A stretch of DNA of 63,865 bases, the filler included, from Reclinomonas americana ATCC 50394 (Eukaryota): the NCBI GenBank assembly GCA_048213135.1. It is 14 parts of 14 records of this genome, joined end to end, with 100 filler letters (N's around TTAATTAATTAA, not from the genome) between each part and the next. Parts side by side here need not be neighbours in the genome. Positions count along the whole stretch, not along the records: positions 36,372 to 44,171 come from AFZH01017765.1; positions 44,272 to 54,276 come from AFZH01017766.1; 12 more parts are not named here. One strand, written 5' to 3'. Positions 39,918 through 51,100 of this stretch are shown one piece after another; within the stretch, counting starts at the first letter, position 1; each line of letters starts with the position of its first letter. The translations under genes and the position numbers were made by a program. The notes beneath the pieces were generated by a model, which saw only the letters and a program-made list of their open reading frames with translations, made no database searches and was not told where the DNA came from.

Positions 39918-40179
39918 CCAAGATATGAGCATCGCCCATCTCCTCCTCGGGACTATTAAGGAGGCTCCCCTCATCTCCCTTTCCCCCATCGCTCACCGGC
40001 ACTGTGGTCCTCGTCGGCTGCACGACCGGCACCAGAGTCGAATCACCGTCCTGCTCACCTGTCGCCGCCATGTGCACCGACGTGGAGAAGGCCGCCAGCA
40101 CTTTGCGCATCGACTTGAGCAGCGCCCGGCGAGTCAGGCATTGGCGCACGATATCGTCGGTGAGGTAGGGAATGGAGGC
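37532..40179 (-). CDS. CRYM: Mu-crystallin / ornithine cyclodeaminase family (ketimine reductase-like); start exon not located
   Basis: GFLGVMPA, LGAKLVSFFP, MDGHYITEARTAAVSAV, GILGAGTQARSH, GADIVVTAT, GAHVNCVGACRPTWRELDD, VTVFKSLGMACED. Confidence 0.9.
39330..39950. repeat. Diverged intronic tandem repeats in the CRYM gene
   Basis: Repeated agaggtatccagatatgagca.cctctt...tcctcatctcacccaggatgtctcaat..tgcagcagtg. Confidence 0.8.
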
Positions 40180-40678
40180 CTGCGGGGGAAGGAACAGGGA
40201 AGGGTGAGGGAGAGGGAGAGGGAGTAGGCGAGAAGAGGGATAGACGGAGTGGGAGTGAGACACTCTGTGAATGAAAGAGAAATGAGATGAAGCGAAAGGG
40301 AGGTGGAAGAGGAAGAGGACAAAGAGTGGAGAAGAGGAGAGTACGCGAACAGAATGGCCTTTCTCTCTTCCTCGGAGAAAAATGCAGATAAGAAGGAGAT
40401 GCAAAGCAGATCGCGATGGCCATTTCGTATCTCGGAGAAATGCACCCAATATAGGCCGAGATCGACAAAGAAAGGAAAGCAGAGATCGCGATATCAGCTT
40501 CAGTATCACAGACACGAAACCACACTCTCTTTCTCTCTCTGAGTGCATATGTGTGTGTGAGACAGAGAGTGTGTGAGAGAGAGTTTCTGTGTGTATTTCT
40601 CCGAGAAATGCACACAATAAAGAGATTGAAATGCACAGCAACCGCAATCTCTTTCTCGCTCACACTCTCATTGTCTCA

Positions 40679-40737
<59 letters not shown>

Positions 40738-40807
40738 ACTCTCTCTCACACACACACACTGTAAATTTCGGAGAAAAGCAGATAACAAGAGACAGAGCCT
40801 GAGATGC

Positions 40808-41189
40808 GCATCTGCTTCTCATCCCCTCCTGCACATGCAACACACACAAAGAGAGAGCAGGTGAGACAGAGAGAGAACTCCTCGCTCACCATTCTTTCGC
40901 GCTTTTTTATGTTTCGATGCTCGCTCTGTCTCCCATTGTCTTTTCATGCATGTGATGAGAAAAGAACACGTGTGTGCGGTGGTCAGTGTGGTGTGTACGG
41001 CGGTGTCATCTGCTTCTCATCCCCTCCTGCACATGCAACAGAGAGAGCAAGTGAGAAAGAGAGAGGAACTCTGCATGCGCTCACCATGTTTATGTTTCGA
41101 TGCTCGCTCTGTCCCCCATTGTCTTTTCATGCATGTGATGAGAAAAGAACACGTGTGTGCGGTGGTCAGTGTGGTGTGTACGGCGGTGT
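40808..41189 (+). repeat. Tandem duplication (about 185-200 nt) covering the 5' end of the GT77-like gene
   Basis: catctgcttctcatcccctcctgcacatgcaaca and atgtttcgatgctcgctctgtc...gtgtacggcggtgt each occur twice. Confidence 0.9.
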
Positions 41190-41304
41190 TTCTGTTGTGG
41201 TTGGTGTCGATGCGTGGTGGGAATGGTGGAGGAAGTGGAGTGAGAGAGGGCGGTGTGCAGGCGGGAAGTGGAGTGCCTCTGAGTTGCGCGCACAGAGAGA
41301 GAGA

Positions 41305-41341
<37 letters not shown>

Positions 41342-44105
41342 TGTGTGTGTGAAGAGTGTGCGTGTGCATTGATTGTTGCAATGCATGCATGCAATCGTAC
41401 TCGTTCGCTCACTACCTCACTCTTTCACTCACTTCTTCACTCTTTCACTCACTGCCTCACTCTCTCCTCTCACTCTTTCACTCACTGCCTCGCCTTTCCA
41501 CTCATTCTCTCTCTCTTTTCTCACTCTTTCACTCACTGCCTCACCCACTCAGTCACTGCGTCACTCTTCTGCTCACAGCCGCACTCATAGCTCACTTATT
41601 TCCTCACTCTACGACTCACAGGCTCACTCTTTCACTCACTTCCTCACTCATTCACTCACTTCCTCACTCATTCACTCACTTCCTCACTCGTTCGCTCACT
41701 TCCTCACTCTTTCGCTCATCTGTCACTCTTTCGCTCACTGTCTCGCTCTATCACTCCTTACCCGCTCTTCTACACACTCTTCCTCTCCCTTCTGCACACT
41801 TGCACTCTTCTACTTGTTCTTTCACTCACTTCCTCACTCATTCACTCACTGCCTCACTCTTTCACTCACTGCCTCGCTCGTTCACTCACTTCCTCACTCT
41901 TTCACTCACTGCCTCACTCTTTCTCTCACTCTTTCTCTCCTTTTTCTCACTCTTTCACTCACTGTCTCGCTCTTTCCGCTCACTCTGCACTCACTGCCTC
42001 TCTCACACGCTTCCTCACCCATTCAGTCACTGCTTCACTCCTCTGCTCACAGCCGCACTCATAGCTCACTTATTTCCTCACTCTACGACTCACAAGGCTC
42101 ACTCTTTCGCCCACAGCCCCTCTCTTGTGTTCACTGCCTCACTCTTTCACTCAGTGCCTCACTCTTCCTCACCCTCCCCCTCCCCCTCTCTTCCCCCTTC
42201 CCCTAAACCTCCCTTCCCCTAATTAGTCCACCTCCTCCACGGCAAACGCACCAACCTCCCCTCCATCCCCGACGACCAGCGCTTCGGCGAGTGCGACAGC
42301 GTGGAGGAGTCCTTCCGCAACGTCATGAGCACGCCACACTCCGCGCCCAAGTGGCCACAAATGCCCACCGACTGGTCGTCTACGGTGCGGCGCTGCACGG
42401 GGCCTGATCAAGTGCTGCTGTTCACCACGGTGACACTGGTGAAGGAGCATCCGGGGGCACGGTGAGGAGAGTGGAATGGGAGACAGAGGGTTGAGGAGAA
42501 GAGATTGGAAACGCATTCTATCGTTGGCTGCGTTGAAGTGAGACTCTTGACAGAGGAGACGTAAATCTGGACAAGGTATTGCAGGTTGGGCAAGAAGAGA
42601 GTGTGCGAGTGAGAGAGAAAGTGAGAGACTGGATGACAGCGAATGAAAGAAAGAAAGAAAGAAGAAGAGTAAGAGAGAGAGAGAGAGAGAGGAGAACGGT
42701 GAGAGGGAACAAGAACTGCTCAAGGAAAGACTCAGATGCAGCAAGGTTAACAGAGGGAGAGCGACAGAGTGAGAGAGAGAGAAAGAAAGACGCAATGAAA
42801 GAAACAGCGAGACTGGAGGACAGCGAATGAGAGAAAAGAAAAAGAAAAGAAGAGAGAGATGTCTTCGCCTTCAGTCGCTTGTTCTCTCTCCTCACTCACT
42901 CTCTCGCCTTTGTCATGTTCACGCTTCGTCTCCCATGTCCACCATCCCCCGAATTCGATCTTGAACCCCTTCGCTCCTTCTCTTCCCCTTCCCCTTCCCT
43001 CTTTCCCTTTGAGAGAGCGAGGAAGATGAAATGCAAGCTGCTCACTTTTCGTCCTCACCTTTCCTTCTGCTTTTGCTTCCCCCCCTCTTTTGTCACTGAC
43101 TTTTGTCACACTTCGTCTACCCCATTTCCACCTCTTCTAAAGGTCGACATCTTGAACCCCTTTGCTTCCCTCCCTTCCTCTTCCCTTTCCCTCCCCCTTT
43201 CCCTTTGAGAAAGCGACGGAGATGAAATGCAAGCTGCTAACTTTCCGTCCTCACCTTTCCTTCTGCTTTTGCTTCTCTCTCCCCCCTCTTTTGTCACTGA
43301 CTCTTTCCACACTTCTTCTGCCCTATTTCCACCATTCCTCAAGGTCGACATCTTGAACCCCTTTGCTTCCCTCCCTTCCTCTTCCCTTTCCCTCATCCTT
43401 TCCCTCATCCTTTCCCTCATCCTTTCCCTCATCCTATCCCCTCTCGCAGGTCGATGATCAACCACGTGCTCAACTGGCTGGCCTTTGCGCACGACTGGAC
43501 CGACGAGCGTCGCATGACCCCACTCATCGTGTGCAGCGACGACGCCACTCGCTTCGCCCTGCTGGATGCCGGTGTACAGGACAGCCTCCTGTACGTGCAC
43601 CGCGGCACGTGGACGGGCTACGTGGAGGAGAAGCGCACCGCCGCCGTCAACATCAAGTGGCTGTACGCGTGGTTCACCGTGCGCCTCGGCGTGCAGGCCT
43701 TCTTCTCCGACGTGGATCTCGTCATGCATCGCGACCCGCTGCAGCACCTCTTCTACACGGGCGCACCGGGCGTGGCGACGCAGCCGGCCGTGGCCGAACT
43801 GCAAATGTTCAACGACGTGAACGACCCGAAACTCACCTCCGCCATGTGGGATCGCGGCAAAGTCAGCCGCATTCGCGAGCCGTGGGGTCTCGCGCCGCTC
43901 GAGTGCCCGCTGAAGAACTGGTACATGTACTGCACGCAGTTTCCGGGCGTGTACTGCGTGTCCACAGGGTGGTGGTTGGCGCAGCCGACTGTGCGCGTGC
44001 AGAATTTGCTGGCGCATGTTGCGTGGAAGGGGGGAGGAGGGGGAGAGAGAAGGGAGACAGAGAAGGGAGAGGGAGAAGGGAAGAGAATAGAGAAGGCAAG
44101 GGCTA

Positions 44106-44145
<40 letters not shown>

Positions 44146-45052
44146 AAGGCGAGGGAAGAACGAGAGGAGAGNNNNNNNNNNNNNNNNNNNNNNNNNNNNN
44201 NNNNNNNNNNNNNNNTTAATTAATTAANNNNNNNNNNNNNNNNNNNNNNNNNNNNNNNNNNNNNNNNNNNNACGAGAGAGGACGTAGAAGAGATGAAAAA
44301 TGAGCTGAGGTGAAAGCGAAATTGTCGGCCACAACACGAACATACAGTAGCAAGTGCAAACACCAGAATTTGGATGCCGAGAACAGCAGGGAGAGAAGGA
44401 GAAGGGCAAGAGCGCAAGAAAAATGTCCTATTTTGCTTCTTCGCGCTTGTTCCCTCCTTAACTCCTCTTTTCTCCTCTCGTTTCTCCTCTTCTCTCCGTA
44501 CCCCCTTTCATCTCTTCTCTTACTCTCTTCTCTCTTCTCTCCTCCCTTGTTTCTCTCCTCTCTTCTTCCCATCCTTCTCTCTTCTCTCCTCCCTTTTTCC
44601 TCTCTCCTCTCCTCTTCCTCTCCTCTTCCTCTTCCTCTTCTCTCTGCTCTCCTCTTATCATCTTCTCTTCTCCTCCCCTCTCCTCTCCTCTCCTCTCCTT
44701 TTCTCCCTTCCCCTCTTCCTCTTTCTTTTTCTTCCCCCTTTCCTTTATCTTATGGCCCCTTCCCCCATTCATACAGACGGTGGACATGCTCTCCTGGGGC
44801 CTCTCAGGCACCATGCGCTGGGAGCAAGCCATCTTCAATCTAATCCTAGACCTGCACGTCCGCGAGGGCCTGCTGCTGGAGGTGGTCGACGGCCGCCTCG
44901 CCGGCAACCTGCCGGCATTCGATCACCTCGTGCAACACCGTGGAGCGGCGTATGCACCCGTCGATCGGCGTGTCATGTCGCACTGCGGCTGGATTCACGG
45001 CGACGAGAAGGAGGAGGTGTTGAAGAATCGCGGCCTGTGGCGAGTTCCGTGA
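41138..45052 (+). CDS. Nucleotide-diphospho-sugar transferase (GT77-like), type II membrane protein, spans a gap
   Basis: Signal anchor MRKEHVCAVVSVVCTAVFLLWLV, HVLNWLAF, VNIKW, LGVQAFFSDVDLVMHRDP (DxD), VSTGWW, WEQAIFN, HCGWIHGDEKEEVLKNRGLW. Confidence 0.85.
41395..42170. repeat. Degenerate (CACT)/(CTCACT)-rich intronic repeat array
   Basis: Repeated ttcactcactgcctcactct units, with a longer block repeated at about 41545 and 42020. Confidence 0.85.
42958..43395. repeat. Intronic tandem repeat, about 190-200-nt period
   Basis: atcttgaacccctt at about 42958, 43149 and 43350; gatgaaatgcaagctgct occurs twice. Confidence 0.88.
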
Positions 45053-45101
45053 GGCCACGGTAAAAGAAATGTGAGTGATTAACAGGCGATATTTTATTGG
45101 A

Positions 45102-48100
45102 TTACAGTTGTGGGAAGCGTGACGCCGACGATGAGCGTGTGCGCTTGCTGCCGCCTTCTTCGGTCTTGGCGGAAGCCGCTGCCGCCGTTGCGGCTGGCTG
45201 TTGTTTCTTCTCCGCCAGTGCTCGCCTCGCTGATGTGATTGAGAGTGAGTGTGAAGGGAAGGGAAGACTCTCTTGGCGATGAAGGTTATACGCACGTGGT
45301 CGATCGGCTTCGCTATCCGACGATCGGTAGTACAGCGTGTCTGAGTGGCTGTCGGCCAGCACATACATGCCACCGCCCTCGCCGTCGCCGTCGGGAGTGG
45401 CAGCCGCACTGCTGGCCACAGGCAGACGCCGCCGGGACGGTTTCTGAGCGGACGATGGGGCGGAGACGCTGTTCTGTCGCGCTCGACGGTCGCTGTTCTG
45501 GCGCAGTGCATTGATGCTGTCCTCGATGCCGGTGGAGGAGGCACTGTGGGGTGCAGGTAAGCGATGGAGGGGGGGGGGGGGGGCGGAGAAGGTGATCCAC
45601 CAGCGTGTCGCTCATCTCTATCCTCTTTAACATCTTACTTGATGAGGGGCCAAGAGGGTGATCCACCAGCGTGTCCCTCCTCCTCCCTTCTCATCTCTTT
45701 CCCTCTTTCTTTCACTTCCAGACATCTTACTTTCTTTCTCTTCGTATCTTTCACTTTGCCGCTGTCGATTTCTCTTCATCTGTGTCACTTGTCTCAAATG
45801 CTCTCTGTTAATGCAGGCTGTCTTAACAACACAGGGGGTGTCTCTCCTCTCCTTGTTTCTGCTTGTTTTCCATTGCTTTTCATCAAACCTGTTTGCACCG
45901 CGTTCTTTAACATTCTGCTCTTGTCCTTCCTCCTTGTCCTCGCCTACTGTGCTGTCCATCTCTGCTTGTACAAACACCAGTTGTTCCTGCTGATCTGTTC
46001 TTCTCTCACTGCTAGCTGCGCCTATTCTGCTCATTCTTTCTCAGATCTCCATCTCGTTCTCTAGTTGTTCCTTGTCCTCACCTCTCTGCCTGCGCCTATT
46101 TTGCTCATTCTTTCTCAGGTCTCCCTCGTCCAATGGTTCCTATTGCTCTATTCTTCTCTCTTTCCTCTCTTCCTGATCCTGTTGTTCACCATTATACATG
46201 GTGAGTTCTGTTCACACCATCTCTCGTACAACAGTTGCCCCTGCTGCTCTATTCTTCCCTCATTACCTGCGTCTCTCGTTTATCTCTCTTCCCTTAATCC
46301 CCTTCCCCCTTTCCCCCTCCCCCCTTTCCCCTTTCCCTCAATCCCCTTTCTCCCTTTCCCTTTTCCTCACCGACTCGGGGGCCTTGACCCATCGCTCGCC
46401 GTCGCATCCACCGCACTGCGAAATTCGGGCCGCTTGTGCCGCACCCGCAACCCACCATTGCGCACCTGCGACGACCCCAGTTGCTGCATGGGAATCACAT
46501 TCGCCTGCCGCGCCACCTCATCGGTGCCGTGGCTGGCCACCCCCACGCGGAACTCCACCTCCGCACCCGTCGCCCTGCCACCCGCATCCACACTCGGTGG
46601 TCGCGAGTTCTCCACCGAGTCACCGCGCCTCCTCAGTGACGGCAGCAGCACCGGCAGAGCGTTCTGCACAAGCACGTGAGTAAGGGGGCAAGGCAAGAAA
46701 AGAGATGGATAAGTAGTGCGTCACCTTTTGTGCCTTCTTGGACACCCCGGAGGGCGGCAGAATGGCGTCGAGGAGTGCACGTCGCTGCTCATCCGCGTTC
46801 TGCACCAGGCTGCGCACGTGTCGGACTCGCTCGGCATCGGCGTCCGACAGGGTTCCGGCCGCGTTCTCGTCAGCCATTATGCTGACGATGATACTTGTTA
46901 GGGACGTGTTCAGCTCGCTTCCCGTTGCCGTTCTCCACTCACCTCGACTGGTTGGTGGGCGATCCATTGGCAGTCGACGCCATGCTGCTGTTGCGTGTCG
47001 TGGGCGACGTTGCTCGCTGACCGACGATGGTCATGGGCGACGATTCCTCTGTTACCACAGGCAGTGAGCTGTTGTCTCCTCGCAACCCCATCGCCCTTCT
47101 TGTCTCCCCTCCTGCTTACCAGCACGGCGCAGCTCCATCAACTGCAACACGGCTTCGCGCTCCGGCGACATGCGACTGCGTGGTGGCGACGGTGACCGCG
47201 ACCGCATCATGACTGGCAACTGCGGCGTGCCCGCAATGCTGCTGGGAATGAGCACGTACTCGGGCGGCTGCGAATGCTGCTGCTGTTGAATGGGCCGGAA
47301 GCCGACATTGTTGACCATGTCGCTCTCGTCAAGCTGGCGCGATTGCGGCGGACTCCTGCGCAAGGTGTTAAATAACATTGCCTTCCCTCTTACGAGTCGC
47401 GCTCACTCACTTGCTGCGACCCTCGCGCGGACTGATGGGCGACTTGCGACCCACGGCCTCCATGGGCTCCGTCGACACTGGCCGCTGCTGCTGGTGCTCC
47501 TCGTACCGCTCGAACGGCTCGAACGAACCGCGTCCGCGTGTCCACATGTCGCTCCGCCAGCCGGCACCGGCAGAGCGCTTCCGTTGGGTGGTGTGTGAGC
47601 CGCCGGCGCCGCGAACCGACGTGCGCAAGTGCTTGGTGCGGGCCAGATTGTCGACGATGAAGTTGCGCGTCTGGTGCAGGCGGGCCATCACTTGCTCCAC
47701 CGAGTTCTTCATCTCCGAGAAGGGTGGCGGGATGAGCTGGGGGCTTACTCTGTGGTGCAGATAATGGTGAGTGATGAAGCGGAGAAGGGGGAGAGAGCGA
47801 CGACGTGGTTGAAGACTCGCGAAGAGCTTTTTTCTTCTCTCCTCTCCGTCTTCGCCCACATTACATTGTATCTTCTGCACTTCCTTCGCCCGTCTTCCGT
47901 TTATCTCATTCTCGCTCTTCCCTTCTTCTCAACATATCTCTCTTCCTCGTAATCTGTCTGTTCTTCTTCTTCCTCTCTCCCAGTGCTCTCCCTCTTCGTC
48001 TCCTCTCTCGCTTCAACTCTCCCTTTTCCCATTTTCACTGATTCTCTTCCCCCTTCCTTCCTCGCCCTTCTCCACTTATCTTCTTGTCTTGTCTTCCTTT

Positions 48101-51100
48101 TCCTTTTCCTCGCCATTGTTCCCGTATTCTTCTGCCTTCCTCGCCCTTCCTCTGTTTAACACTTTTCCGCTCTTCCCTTCCTTCTTTATGCCTCTTTCTC
48201 TCTTCCCCCTCCTTCTCTCCATCTCCCTCTCCTTCTTCTTCCTCTCTTCATTCACCATCTTCCCCTTGCCCTTCTCGTCCTTCCTAGTCCTTCTGCTCTT
48301 CATCCACTTTCTAGAGATCTCCTTTTCTGCCTCTCTCATCTTCCCCCTCTCCCTCTCCTTCGCCTTCGTCTCTTCATCCTCCTCTCTCCCACTCTCTTCT
48401 CCCTTCCCCTTCCCCTCCCTCTCCCTCTCCATCTCCTCCCTCTTCCCTCTCTCCTCCCCCTTTCCCTCCTTCCTCCCTCCCCTTCTCCCTATCCCTTGTC
48501 CTCCCTCTTCCCTTCTCCTTACTTCACCTTTCGGGGGGCGTTCTCGTTCCCATCTCGTGCACTCCGAGGGCAAACTGCCGCTCCCTACCCGCCGATCGCA
48601 TCTGCTGCAGCATGCCCATCTCCTGTTCAATGTCGTACATCTGCAGATGGCTGGAAGGTGAGCAGCAAGGAAAACTCTCGCAACACTGGTTGCCGCCAGA
48701 CAAACCGGTGATGTGGGTCGCGAGTTGTTCGGCACCGCCTCCTCAAAGTTGGGGAAGAGGCCACCGCGAATCGTCCTCTCTCGCACGGCACGACCGCGCG
48801 ATCTGTTGAAGCCGTACGATTGCACCAGTTGCTGCACCTCCGTGCTCGCCACCACACCCGTGCTGCAGATGTAACCAGTTTCAACAATACTGGCACCTAT
48901 TTCTTACACAGCAATATAAGATAACGCAACGCTGCCATGACCATCTCCCAGTGTCGCTCACGATCGCGGCGAAGGTCGTCGCGCTTCTTGGCCCACACTT
49001 GCATGTGCCGGGAGCGGCGATCCTCCATCGACTTGAGTTGTCGTTCGAGGCGCGCCGAGCGGTACGGCCCCTGCGGCAGCGCACGGATGCTGGCCCGGAT
49101 GCGCGCCTCCTGCTGGCGCGCCAACTCAATCTTGCCTGCATTGATGGGGAGATGAGACGCCACACAACCATGAAGAACTGTGGTGATGGTGGGGAGACGA
49201 AACGCTGCAGCGCCTCCAGCTCCAATCGCTCCGCCTCAATCGCGGCATGCAGTGCCACCTGCTCCAAGCGCAACCGCTCGTCCTCCTCCAGCAACGACTG
49301 CACCACCTTGGCATCGATGGCTGGATCAGGCGCCGTGGCGGGCTCTGGTGGCGGCATCGGCACCGGTTTCTGCTTGGCGTCCGCCTTCTCCATCGATTCA
49401 ATCACGCGCTCCGAGATGCTGACCGCCAGCTGCTCCAGCATTCTGCGCGCCACGTCATCACGTTACTTTCCTTCTCAAGGCAACAGGAAGTGAAGACCAC
49501 CCAACAACTCACTTGCCCTGCGACAGGAGCGCGACTGCTGCCGACTCGGACACGGCATTGATCTCCGCCTCCAACGCGGCGACATCCATGTAATCAGCGG
49601 CCGCAGAGTCGCCGACAAACCCGCCGTCACCGGTATCGTCCCCATCCTCCTCGTCGTCATCGTCTTCGTCGTCATCATCATCATCGTCCTCACCCGCTGG
49701 CCCATCGTAGCGACGCATGACCGACGGCGCCATGGCGCGACCCGAGGTCTGCGCACTCGATCCCGGAGTCTTGCGCCGCCGTGCGCTGGAGGGCTTGGTC
49801 TTGCGGCGGTTCTTGCGCGTAACAGCCTTGGTGCCAGTACGACTTGCGCCCGCCGAGCCACGGCCACTATTAGCACTGCCGACGCGAGAGCCTGGCTCCT
49901 CGTCACCCGAATCGTCCAAGTCGGCGTCGCCCTCGTCGTTGGCCGCCGCTGCCGCGCGCACCACCACCGCCTTGGCCTTGTTCAGCGCACGGCTCGTGCG
50001 GCGTGCCAGCGACATTACCTCCTTGGTCACGTCTTCGCCGGCGGTGATTCGCTTGAGGAGGGTTTGCATCTGTGTTGCGAGGCGCCGGTGAGCGAGGGAG
50101 AGAGAATAAGAGAAGAGAAGAGACCTGCAAAATTACCGTGGTGGCGTCCACGACCGACAGGTTGACCTTGGCCTTGCCGAGACCGTGCTCCAGCACGCGA
50201 GCCACGTTGATCATCTTCAGGACCATGGAGTTGATGGACTTGCGTTCTTGCTGCAGCACCCTGGTTTTTGCAAACCAAGACGAGATCAGTCGCCAGAAGG
50301 AGGAGAAGGAGGAGGAGGAGAAGGAGGAGGAGGAGAAGGAGAAGAGGTGAAACAAGAACTCGACGAGGAAGAAGGAAGGAAACAAGAGGAAGACCAAAGA
50401 AGGCGAGGACTTAAGCTGAAAGGCTCAAGGAGGAGAATAAATGCGGGAGGAGGAAGCAAGATGGGGGAAGAACAAGGAGAAGGAGAAGAAGAAACGGAGC
50501 TCAAGGAGGACGACAAGAACAACAACAACAACAACAACAAAAACCAACAACAACAACAGTAGCAGCAGCAGCAAGAAGAAGAAGATTGTCGGGAACAAGA
50601 AGCCCTTCTCCTTCACGCACATGATCTCATGATCCAGTGTCTCCTGTTGAAGATGCAGCTCGACAATCTCTCTCTTAAAGGCCTCCACATTGGCCTCACG
50701 CTCCAGCTCGCGCGTGCGCTGCTCCTCCCTCTCCGCCTGCATGCCAAGTCAGTACCGTAGACAAACACAGTTTCCGCCGTTTCTCCACACACACGCAACT
50801 TCACGATGTGCCGTCTCGGCGTCTGCCTCGCTGGCACGCCGCAAGCCCGCATTCTCCAACTGGCGCTTCAGCTCAGTGATGAGGTGCTCCTTTTCGATCA
50901 TCGCGTCTTGCATGGCCGACACCTCGGTGCGTGCCACTTGCAGTTGCGACTCAGTGGCCGCCTTTTCCGACTCCAGTCGCAGCTTGTCTTCTTCCAGCTT
51001 GCCGGTGTCACCACGCAGTTGCTCCACCATGGCGCTCTGCGAGGCAAGTTGTTTTGAGGACCGAGAGAGGAGACGGCGGGGAGTGAGAGGGTGAACGCAA

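Noticed and set aside
41356..42222. Long S/L/H/F-rich or ERER ORFs here and at 3637-4221, 44310-45063, 48076-48855 and 54418-55879
   Set aside because: Stop-poor translations of CT/GA low-complexity introns.
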